Assembly: GCF_031769215.1 (NCBI RefSeq)
Contig: NW_026782116.1
Span: forward strand, 1,612,001-1,676,000
Direction: 5' to 3'
Origin: Ylistrum balloti
Lineage: Eukaryota
Length of the DNA stretch: 64,000 nt
The notes beneath the pieces are model-generated. The model saw only the letters and a program-made list of their open reading frames with translations. It was not told the origin of the DNA and searched no databases. This document shows, piece by piece, positions 37,110 to 49,400 of the stretch; position 1 is the stretch's first letter, and every line of letters starts with the position of its first letter. Made by a program: the position numbers and the translations under genes.

Positions 37110-37694
37110 CTAGAATGGGAGAACAACATTATAAAATTGTGATATATTGGAAAAAAATCTTCATTGCCATACTATGAATTCTTTACATTATATGTACATG
37201 TAAATTATCGCCAAGTAAGCAACAGTTACTAGCATACAATGTCAAATAATCGTATTTAATGCAAGATATGCTCTATAGACAGACGTTACAAACAGTTACT
37301 TCAATAACAGGAGCTCGAGTGTACACCTGTGCCAATATACATGCAAACAATGATCAGTGATGTGCTTCCAAAAGATGATAAATTTGCTCATATAAAGACG
37401 CAAAACAACGCTTCACCTGTGTATAATTAAAAGTACCGCCGTCGATAATGATATCACGACTGCCAGGTACGTTAGACAGTGGAATGGGAGAAATATTTCA
37501 GGAATTTACAGCATGCTCATCGCAGTTCAAGCTCATCGACGATGGGGCGAACTTCCGATGTGGTCTACGTCACAGGAATCGCCGTGCCGCTTACAACATA
37601 AGCAAAAATTATAATCGAAGCGTGTGTACCACGCAGATCAGTTCCGTGTCTGTCACATGATCCGTGATCGTCCGGCAAGAGAAGTCGTGTAAAG
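37110..37694. promoter_or_regulatory. Divergent (bidirectional) promoter region between RO60-like and ATP6V1G
   Basis: Head-to-head start codons 603 nt apart, with a CpG-enriched segment at about 37430-37740. Confidence 0.7.
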
Positions 37695-39561
37695 ATGGCA
37701 AGTCAGTCTACGGGTATCCAACAGCTGTTGAAGGCCGAGAAAACGGCAGCAGAGAAAGTAGCTGAAGCTAGAAAACGTAAGATAAACACGACAGGGAAAT
37801 TAATTTTATGTACAAACTTTGTATCGTGTAACTTGAAAGATATTAGTGAGCTGGAGGTCATTTGCTAAATACATTCCTCTGTTGACAACCTGTCAAAGCG
37901 ACCCCGGTCCCCTTATCAGTATCGGTAGGTACATTTATGCAGATCGCAATTTTGGTATTCAAGCAAATGTAACGTAAGGTAATGATGAGCTGGATAGTTG
38001 TAACTCCGTTAGGAGTAACGACTTGCATATATTGACTTCACAATAAAAAACGTGTATTTCAAAGGCTTGTACAGGACGTGAATGTTGTTTTTTTTCATAT
38101 ACGGTAACTTAGTTTTTAAAGCAGATGTGAACTATTTATTCTTCTTTACATTACTATTTTTAATAGATTAATCTCTACAGTACCTGTCCTCGAACCACAA
38201 GTACCTGTGGACTCTTCAAACCAGTCAAAGTTTACTTAGCTACTCAGAAGAATAGGTCATTTCTAAAAATAAGAATTATAAAGAAAAAAAGAGAGAAAAC
38301 CAGATAATTTCTATATTCTTCACATTTTGAAAGCATATACAAACGGATAAAAATAGGAAAAAACAAGAAATTAAAACATATACAGTACAGTAGCTGACAG
38401 CTCATAATGTCACATCTGGCGAAATAGAAGAAAAGCTGACAATGTCCGAGTATTCATTACGGGATCCTTAAAATTTAGTGGTCTTGCATGTGTGTTTTTT
38501 ATACACTCTTATTTCTTTACGTAAACAAAGTGGCTGATATTTATATGCCATTTTCTTTCAAAGTCTTTCAGATTCATTCTGCGCTGCACAAATTTGATTA
38601 GTAACAGTTTCACACAGAGCAGTGTGTGTGTAGTTACAGTAACATGAACTGTGTGTGAAAAAAATCTTCTCTTGATGGAAACAAAGCCCTTTACTAGGAG
38701 GATCAGGCAAATGCCTTTTCATTTCTTTTTAGGTTAGAACATTTGATTTTGCAGAAAACTCTGAATAAATATAACTTTTCCATGTGAATGATATCCAAAA
38801 GTTTGAACATAAGTGAATAAATATTCATTATTGTGAGAGTATTTTTCATGTTTTAAACAAAGCCTGTTCAAAAATCTGGTATGTAATTTCAAATTATTCT
38901 TCATTCTTTGACAGGTAAAAATAGGAGACTTAAACAAGCTAAAGAAGAGGCCCAGGCGGAAATTGATGCATACAAAGCTCAAAGGGAAAAACAATATAAA
39001 CGTTATGAGCAATCTGTAAGTCATCATATTTGTAATAGTCGAGACATAAAGTGTTTTTTCATGTCTGTCATTCCCTCATTTTTTAGTTTCTGCTTATTTA
39101 ATGTTTGATGGATGGAATCTGAAATGACATGTACTGGTATTATGAGAAGATGGAGACTGCATTAGAGTTTTGGTCCATGAACTCTGAATATATCTAGAAA
39201 TTATCAGCTTTCAATTGTTTTCTCGGAGCTTGACATGGATTGGTCGTATGTAACGGAAATTTGGTACATGATTAAGTAAGACAGCTATCATGGTTTATTT
39301 AGGTAAAATAATTCAATTGAAAGTGTAATAATTCTTTATTGTTGATGTACTTAAATACTTACTTGCATGATTTCCTTTGATTCATAGGTCCTTGGATCTC
39401 GAGGAGACATGGAAAGTAAAATAGACCAAAATACAAAACAGAAAATCCAGGAGATCAGTATGGGAGTGGCAAAGAACAAAGATAGAGCTATAAAGGAGTT
39501 CTTAGATTTGGTGTTGTCCATCCAGCCCCAGGTACACAAGAATCTGGTACCAAAGGTATAA
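37695..39561 (+). CDS. ATP6V1G: V-type proton ATPase subunit G, 118 aa. Exons 37695-37776, 38915-39015, 39388-39561
   Basis: [48 protein letters not shown]...; 82+101+174 nt with GT-AG introns. Confidence 0.96.
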
Positions 39562-41241
39562 CGTGTACCATGTCATCACTTCAGTAGCTAGTCAAAGTTG
39601 TACAGGTTATATTGTGATGGGATATCCTAAACAGATAGACTGGACTTGATCTCTCGTTGTAGAAGAACAAGATGCTGTGCATTAAATAAAAGATCATGAA
39701 AGAGAAGAGTATTAGATCACCTCTGAGAACTTGTTGAAAGTTTTTTCTTTTACTGCGTACATGGTACAGTATTTGAAATGAGAAGAACATTTTGAAGGTT
39801 ATATGTTAAAGTTCAATCTAAATTGACTGTTTGGTTAATTACTGTTGTAATATTTTATTTTGGAAAGATGTATGTATAGACATTGTATAAACTGGAGCTT
39901 AATTTGTGTATTATAAGGATGCTAGAAATTTTAGAAGTAGAAACCAAATTTTTAAAAATGTAATTCATACTGTGGTTATATTAATGATGTTGATGGGAGA
40001 ATTAATGAAAGTTTTGTATTTTTCAATAACAGGTATACGGTAGGCATTAGCAAATCTTGCAATGTGATATTTTGTCTCCATTAGTAGGATTTTATGTATG
40101 GTTCAAAAAAAATATATCAGAAGTTTGTTAATTATGAAAACAGAACTAGGTGCATGGTTATATTAAAGAGTGCTTTGAATATTCAATGAATATCATGCAT
40201 TTTTCAGCAATAGCATTGTACTAGAGATGGCTATAGAACAAATAAGACATACACAAATTGTATTCACAAATTAACAAAATCATCATATAAATCCATTATT
40301 GCATTGTGTAACTGTGTAGAAAAAGTAGGATAGGATAGTTTGTAAGTTGTGGTTGAAATTGTGACAGAATATATGCCATCCTTTGCATTTTTTTGTCCAT
40401 TAATACATTGTCTTGGTCACTCTGCGGCATTCCAATTCCTATTTGTTGTTCAAGGGGAGATAACTTAAAACTCCTTATCATGTACATGATATGTTAGTTG
40501 CATCATACAAGTGTCCATCTTTTTCTTGCTAACTATCAATAGAAAACAGTATCAACTGAAATAAAGAGATAGCTTAGATGTTTATCTAAATTGTTTCAAT
40601 TCTAGACACGAGTATATGTGGCATTTTTTTGTGTTGACATCATAGGGTAGATCAGCTAAAAGCTCTCACAGATCTTTAAAATTCTTCAGAATGAATACAA
40701 GGAAGACCAGTGTCTCTTTAAATTTGTTTAGAGATACTGAAATGAACAAACTATATGCAAAAGCAGTTACATGTTGATGATTATTCATAATTTTTCTGAT
40801 GAATTGAAATAGACATTAAGATGAACACTTCTATTGGGTAATACTGTTAATAATGTTGGGTTTAAACCAGTTGTGTGTATAAGAGTAGTTATCATAAATG
40901 ATTGGTATCAGTGATATATTGGTGTAATTTTGTTTATTTCATATTTATTATCCAACCATTAAAATCAACATCATACTGTGATATGCGTCAGATGTTCTAT
41001 GTCCTGTTTGTACTACTGGTATTTAAAATACCATAGGTTGTTTTCTAGATTTTAATTATGAATTAAAATTTTCTCAAACTGAATACTTTAACCATTGAAA
41101 AAAGATTATTTATATTTGACCTAGAATTCAGTATCATTTACATAAAAACTAATCACAATATCTGAATACTACATATAATATTGAACGATTCAAATGTCCC
41201 GTACAACGTAGATGTCACTGAGTTACAATGCTGTCAAAATA

Positions 41242-41997
41242 TCATGTTCTGGTATTCATTATCCCTGTGATGTTGAAAAGTACTTGTACATCAATGTCCT
41301 TCATTTGAATAACTTTGTAGTCCTTCACCCAAGCTTTGTATAGGTCAATCATAATTACCCAGAGCCTCTTGGTTGTTGGGAAGAAGTCTGAAAAAGCACC
41401 CCAACAAATTTGACCTTTGTTACCTGAAAAGTTAGATAATGTCATAAACTTGGGGGAAGTAGTTAGCATTGCACTCCAGTTGCCTACCAACGCGAACGAT
41501 GCAGGTTCAATGGCAAGTGTCGGTTTCATAAAAATATCTTGCACAATCCTGAAAATATTTTGGTGCTCGGATGTATGAATATCTATTTGTGTGATCTCGT
41601 GGTGAAAGTCGTTGACCTTATTTCGGTGTCCACCATCGATGAATGACACTGTTATGTCTGACATGTCAAACTTATGGTCAGGGCAAGAATTACTTGGAGT
41701 ATTTCGCTTATTTAAGCATGAGGTGAAAATCACACCAAATTGCAGTACACTACAAGTTAAACGCTTGTGATGACATCTCATAAATTATGTCCTGGACATT
41801 GTATGAGAAAAAGAACGACAGCAATAAGATAAGTTCCAAGGGGAAATTTCACATGATGAATACATTCTAAAAATCAATTCCTCTATAAATTCCATTTTAC
41901 ATTTTAAACAGTCACACAACAAATCAACTTTGGAACGAGAAGTCTGGACAATTGTTCGACAGAGTTGTGGGAGGGTGATGGGGGGCGTACAACACAT
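41242..41997 (-). pseudogene. Intronless ~250-codon frame of unknown family interrupted by one TAA (41787-41785); BC-box-like N-terminus
   Basis: Track ORFs 41785..41997 and 41242..41781 share a frame, separated only by TAA-TTT. TLPQLCRTIV fits [APST]LxxxCxxx[AILV]. Confidence 0.5.
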
Positions 41998-43424
41998 AAG
42001 ATAGAAAAATTACTCGGACGCACATGCACAACTTAGCTGTCATTATTTGTAGAATTTATTAGAATCGACCATCAACTTTAGGAAGGACTACTCGGAATTA
42101 ATATATGATTTGTTTAACAAAGGGGAATAAATCTGTAAAACAGGATACGGTCGAAACACAGATGCATAACTTAATGAAATAAGATGTATAGTCATCAGTG
42201 TGTTATCTCAATGTTTAAAATCATTTGATTGTCCTATAATCTAATTTCTATTCTTCATTTAGTGTGAAATTTTGTTGAATTCGGCCAAAAATGGGACATA
42301 AATCAATCAAATAGTAAAAACGTACGACACACTGCACAGAAACACAACTTTAGGGAGTTATTATGATATCTTGGAAGTTTCATTTAAATTCAGTTCTCCA
42401 TACTCTCCCGTGATGCAGCATGTTCATTGTCTATTTACAAAACACACCCATAGCCAGCTCCTTTAATAAAAGCCGTAATAGATAAACAGATACATAGATT
42501 AAGCTGCTTCATATAGATACTTATCTTTCACTTCTTCAATTTTAATTGTTGGCGTTGGTGAAAGGGAAGTAAGGAGTTTCTACAATGGCTTAAACAACTG
42601 TTGAAATATCAAGGGAAATATGCATTAACACAATCGTTTATTTATCAACAAAGTATATGGGGTTACCATGAACCAAAAATTTAATGGCAAAACCACCGCC
42701 TATGAATTTTTAAAGACTGTACAAAGGGCACGGGTGAAAATCATCGACAGTAGATCCTAAGGACTCCGTAAGACACTTCCACTGAATGTATTATAAGGTG
42801 TAGTTTGGTATGGTTTTAAAATAATGAAATATCGAGTTATAATAAAGTGTATTGAATCATGGGGTTTACACCTCCCCATCTACATCCGTACATTTGTTTC
42901 AGCCAATATTCATTTTCCTCGCTCACCTTCTAGATTTACCATGAACGTAATACTTGTATTATTCATTTCAATTCATTATTAAACGGAATTATTACTGAAA
43001 TACAAAAAAATCTTGGAATATTCCATTCACTTATCAGTATAAACAAACGATGAATACATTATTAAGCATCTTAACTGATACAACGTACCTATCTTAATAA
43101 AGGTGTTGCTGAGTTTTTACAGTGACATGATTTTCATGGTAAGGTTGTTAAAGTTTGAGTTCCATTTCCACTTTTGTTTAAGAAAAGGGTTATTGAGTCG
43201 AGGCAGTAAAATGAGACATCTTCAATGATACCCTAATTAGACGGCATTGCTGAAGAGACGGGCATCATCTTCCTGTTAACAAACGAAAAGACTATGTGCC
43301 TGTGCAGAGAAAACCATTCGACTCGACCATGTGCTGTGGAAAGAGTTCGCCGAGTCTCTTGCATGATGTTCAGTGAGGTAGCCACCACCTACTAAAAGAA
43401 GACATCACCCCGGTTGTTGTCGAT

Positions 43425-43580
43425 GAAGTAGAAGACGCTTACTCTTCCGGAACACCTGGCCATATTCTCCTAGTACTTTTCCAAGGGTCTCCGTGTAATA
43501 CTTTCTTTGTTCATATTTTGCCCTAGTTTTATGGAATTTGAAGTATGATTATGCTTCCATTTTGGTATTTTATTTATTTA
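43425..43580 (+). mobile_element. Probable 3' tail fragment of a CR1-like LINE/SINE
   Basis: GACGCTTACTCTTCCGGAACACCTGG...TCCGTGT...TTATG followed by (TTTA)n resembles mollusc CR1-type 3' ends (recalled). Confidence 0.45.
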
Positions 43581-45515
43581 TTTATTTTTTTATTATCGGT
43601 AGTTTTGTCGTAATTACCACTCAGCCACGTTATCTTTTCGAAGTTGAAACCGCAGTGAATATGTACTACCTATGATGTGTATACTCGATATGTAAATTTA
43701 TTTACAATGTTGATTTCGACGATAGTCTCATTATAATGTGATGTATCTATACTACGTATTATGCGTGTACTCTATATACATGTTCACGTGTAAATTAAAC
43801 TACAAAGTTGATTTTATAGTCTCATTACATTTGTATGATGTAATGTTTCTATACTACGTACTATGCGTGTACTCTCTATATATTTAACTTAATAACTGAT
43901 TTAATAGTCTCATTACAATAAAAGAAATCTTTACGAAGACTATTACGAGCTACTATGTTCTATAGTGTGGTACTTTGTATGCGTATTTTCTCTTAACGAT
44001 GACAATAGGAGATGGCTTAATATAAGATTTATAATCTTGTTGCCAGATCCATTTTCAATTTTATAATTTGTGTATGTGTATGTTGTAAATGAAAATCTGA
44101 AAATAAAATATTGTTTAAACCTATAATTATTCAATATACCTTTTTTTCTCTAGCGGCTCTGTGGCCATTCAGAAAAAATAAGAATAGTTTTTCTCTTCAC
44201 AAAGGAAAACAGATTACTAGCAGTTGGTAGTGCAAGTGTCAGCGCGACACACAAACAACTAAGGTTTCCAAGAAGTACGCGGAACTCGAGAGCTCGTGGC
44301 TGATTTCTAGATTGTCTGGCAATGGTTGACCATTGCTGACGGCCCAAGTAATTCGTTAGCTTATCTGGTGTAACTAGTTCAAGGATTTAGGCAATGACAA
44401 AAAATAGCATTTAGCGACGCCATTCGGCATCACTTTTAGGAAAATTTAAAGGCGGAAAAACACACAGTTTTGCGATAAAATGAAAATGACAAAAAAGTCC
44501 TACTCAGCATAATAGACATATGTTTCTTCAAAGAGGTGCAATTTTCAAGTACAAATACTTTATCAACCTTGAATATATCGACTCATCGGTTTAAAATAAA
44601 AACAGCATAATTTTTTTTCAGTATAATAAATAATGTCACAAAATACTATATACACCAGGAGAGAACAACCAGCAACCATAACATACATCAGTTTCTTTAG
44701 AGAGTTATTCAGGCAAAACTTCTCGTTTACCTTGTTAATGTTTTCCCGTGTCATAGTATTTTTGGTAGAAATTCTACATATATTGGTCAACCATAATGGA
44801 TATTTTATGTCAGTGTCTAAAATCTTAAACCTACAACTTGCAATTTAAGTACCGAAAAAAAATTTCGGTAAAATCACTTCTAAAATCAATGTGTGTATAG
44901 TTTGTTTACTAAATTTTATTTGTCATATCGATTGTGAAATTACAATGCGATATTTTATGGTAAGTTATACGATAGAGAAAGGATCAAATAGAAACTTCAA
45001 AATAATTGATCACATAATTCAAAATTTGAATAGAAAAAAAAATATTTAGATAAACAAACTACTACTAAACAAAATGATGGTCGTTTCGTTAATGATAGAC
45101 TAAAAGTTACATAAAAAATTCCCGAATTACACTTTATGTAACATAGCTAGTTACCGTAGGCTTGGCCCAGAGGGTACGACTAGATAGGTTAGTCCACTGA
45201 CGAAATAGTCAGATGATCGATGTGAGTCATCAACAGTTATCTCCCGTGACCTACTAAAGATAATTTATTTCAGAATATCATTGAAATATAGACTTTTCTT
45301 ATATCTCTCTCATTTATGTAGTATTCTTTTTTCAGTTATTTAAATATCATTTCCAAGTCACCTGTTTGATCATTGGAAAGTGTTTTAGCCAAAAGGAATA
45401 TATTATATTTTTTCAACGTTGTAAGCGGTCACGATTATTCTTGTATAGGGTCATCCGCCATCATGAAGGGTTTTGAGTGAAATCGAACTGACGTTTCACG
45501 AAAATAAGAACAAAA

Positions 45516-46426
45516 ATGGCAGGGAATATTGGAATGGAGCAGCTTATTCCAATAGTGAATAAGCTGCAAGATGCATTTGTCTCTCTTGGCGTCCCGCTGT
45601 CTCTCGATCTCCCTCAAATTGCTGTCGTAGGAAGCCAAAGCGCCGGTAAAAGCAGCGTTCTGGAAAACTTCGTTGGACGGTAAGAATGACAATATTTACT
45701 TCCGGCATTTTTCGTCTGTGTTGTTGTTGTCGTCAAGCTAGCTCAACTTGCATTTTCCAGATTATCTATCGTAACATGATCTACATATGAGAAATATGGA
45801 ACTGCAAGGGCACGATTCAAGGGAGTGTGATTTTATTTTGTAATTTCCGAGCCAGGAAGGGGGCGTAGATCAATGTTTCCAAAAATTACAATAGATTAAT
45901 CACTCAATACATTTTAGTTTGTGTCGCACTTCTAACTTTTTATCCGATACTCATCGTACACTGAAATTATTAAATGTTACATGTATCATATACATAACGA
46001 TTCACAAAATGGAGTTTACCCCAGAGTTGGACCTACCACGTACTAGAATTCAGATTCATAAGTCGATTCGACCATTACTTTTGTTTGAAATTATACGACT
46101 GGCTTTCTTAAGAAAATATTTTAAAAAACAATTTCATTACGTTGGTAAGTGTATGCTGGAAATATTATCATATACCTCAATTGTCGAACTGGTTGTAATA
46201 TATGAAAATCTACTCAACATTCACAAATGTACATCCAGAATATTTATCCTCTTCAATGTGAGTGCACCACTTCAGTTAAGCTTGATGGACGAAACCTGTT
46301 GATTTGAATGTCATAACTCAAGTATACAGTTGTATAACTGAATGTGTTCACAAATTATTCAACTTTCATACAATAGTGATATGAAATACTGTATTTTGAA
46401 TTGTCTTGATAAAAGCAGCTACATAA

Positions 46427-46473
<47 letters not shown>

Positions 46474-49400
46474 CTCTGATCACCATGACCATGCTTCTTT
46501 GGCTCAGTTCTTCATTTTGTGGAGAGTGGAGACCTAGATTAGATTCTTGCTGCAGGATAGCTGTGCTTTTAGCATAAGTGATGATAACTAGCCCGATTCT
46601 CCTCTGGCTGTAATACTATGGCAGATGATGGACAGGCCCTCAAACCATTCTTAACTTACAGAAATCTTAACTATAGATTATAGTTTATAAATAAAAGCAG
46701 GTTTCAATTTTCTGTTTGGTTCAACATTAAGACTAATTATGTAGAAATAGAATAACATGTGATGTGATGGTTTAAACATTTTAGTGACATATGTGATGAA
46801 ATGATTTTGAGGGATGCATATGGTCTTTTTTAACTGGTAACACTGAAAAATGTCATCAGGAGGTCATTTGTTGCAGTTCATAGTATACCAAATTTTACTT
46901 TGATTTGTAACAAAATTGTTGATTGCATGTCATGGTCATACTTCACTACTACACACATATGACATCTTTCCAAAATAATGGTAATTGTATAAGTTAAAAC
47001 GAAGCTTTAAAAAGTTTACTTCAAGACATGATAACTACCGCTGTTTGTTTTGTTATAAGATAAATCATACCTGTTCTGATGCTCTGTAATTGAAATTTTA
47101 AATGCAAGACATTAAGGTTGGGTCTGAGTATATGCAATATTATGGTGTATCAATTTATTCTGCAAGAAGTCCAGGGGTCAACACATAAACTCTGTATGGC
47201 CAGCTTATAGATGTTGGTGGGCTAACCAAACATGGACCTATTGTCAGAGAAATACAGGTGAAAAAGACAGCTATACGATACTTCACCAAATTGGAAGATT
47301 AAAACTGATCTGTGAAGAATCTTGACTGTTTCACTACTGATATACCAGGGTATTATCCCTCAATGGAAAGATCTCTTACTTTGTTAATAAGGACATGATT
47401 GATTCTCAAAACAAGAATAATCTCATTTGTTCTCGGATTGTGTTTCTTTTTAAAATTTGCTTTTCTGATGCCCAGAGCAACCAATTTTAATGCTGAAACC
47501 ATTGCTTAGTCCAGATCATTGTTTAGATAACAACTTTCATACACAGGGGCGTGATCAATGTTTCAGGGAAGAGGGCTTGTGTAACGTGCTGTTATTTCAA
47601 AGGTGCATTTATGATAATAATCACTCAAGCTTGTATCCAAGATTTACTTCAATAGTATAACCATGATAAACAATGTATCTGGTCAGATATCACATGATTA
47701 TTGAGTTGTGAACAGAAAAGACATTTAGTTGTGAACAGAAAGGACATCATTTTCAAATTTCCTTTCTTGGAATTTACCAAATTTTTTTCCATTGCATTTA
47801 CACACATTTGCATATCATATTTATCCCCAAATAAGCCTGCACATACAAGTAAACCTCCTTTATTTTCTCAAAGTTACCAATTTTAAATAAGCGCCACCTC
47901 CTCCCACAAACCAATTATGATATTAAACTTTAACCGTGTGAAAGGGGGATAATTTGAAGAATAATACCATATGATATAAAAAGTTCATTGATTACAAAGC
48001 ATACCACTGTGGTGAAGGTCACTTTTCAAAACAAATATGTCATTTTGTGTAATTCAAACTTATTATTGATATATAAAAAAATAAGGAAACATCTTTATAG
48101 ATGTAGGTATGTACCACTATGTCATGTTGAAGGTAGTGTGTATGTATTGGTAATACAACTATTTTTAGACATTACCCATCATATGAATCTGAGGCGACTC
48201 AATTCTGAATGGATACATTATACATATATTTATTCTTGGTGAATATAAATAACTGTTCAGAATACAAAACATAAATATTGAAATTTTGTTTTACATTTAT
48301 TTTATAAAAATAAAAATTATGGTCATGTATTTGGAACTTTGGAATGAATCATACCAAATGGTCTAGATCTGGTGACCATGATTTTAGACATTCAAATTAT
48401 TATTAGATATGACTACCCAGGTACGTAGCTTTGACTTTTGACCTATGAATAATATAATTAAGTTTCACTTCATTGATTATGCCCTTATATGGATATACTC
48501 TGTCAAGATCTGTATTTGACCGCTTATACCTACCAGGCACATACAATGCTGACAAAAATACCAGTATGACAAATTGTCTCAAAATTAGTTCTTACTGCAA
48601 ATGATGTCATCTATGGTTACTTTGTCTAGGCAGTGTAGAAATTTCTTCGTTTTGACTAATCATCTGTCAGTTCATGAACAAGCATTTTCCATTCGAGGAC
48701 ACCAAAACTTTGGATCGTTGTCTAAAAGCATGTTATCATTTTGATTCGGATTGTGTTTATGTACGTAAATCCATAACAGTTTCTAAAATTAATATATCAA
48801 AAAGAAATAACGATATTGTAAATTCATAATTTTGGTCATGAATTATTTTATTGAAAATGGAAGTTTAAAACGTACACACCAACTATGAAACCATAAAATA
48901 GGTGAAGTGATTTACGGATTGTCAAAAACTGTTTGAAGAAAGATTTTAATTTGTTCATTTTTTTCAAATTCGAAAACCTTCTTGAGTGAGGTGAGACTTC
49001 TAACCTGAAAATGTCTGGTCCAATTGCACTCAATCAACTTATTCCGACTGTGAACCGGCTCCAGGATGCCTTTTCTAACATTGGACGTAGCTTTTATCAC
49101 AGTGTAGACTTCCCTCAGATAGCTGTGGTTGGCTGTCAAAGTGCGGGCAAAAGTAGTGTTTTAGAGAATATTGTTGGAAAGTAAGTCAAACTTATGTTTG
49201 TTTGTAAGTCATATTATTTTTTCTTCCTTGATATATGTTGTTTGTGTGTGTTTTATTTTTTTGAATATTAGGTACAAACAAATGATACAATAATGATTTT
49301 ACTTTTTAACCTCTGAAACCTTAGAATTACAATATGTTTTAGGTGATTGTGATATGTCATATTTAATTGTGACCAATGCATAGTGTATAATGCCAGTAAA

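Noticed and set aside
37448-37660. 70-aa ORF in the RO60/ATP6V1G promoter
   Set aside because: Expected in a GC-richer promoter; no homology recognised.
39551-39561. AAG|GTATAA donor-like site at the ATP6V1G stop
   Set aside because: The protein already has the normal 118-aa length and no downstream exon was found.
43362-43393. CATGATGTTCAGTGAGGTA shared with about 52190, superficially a snoRNA C box
   Set aside because: No D box or terminal stem seen; more likely fragments of one interspersed repeat.
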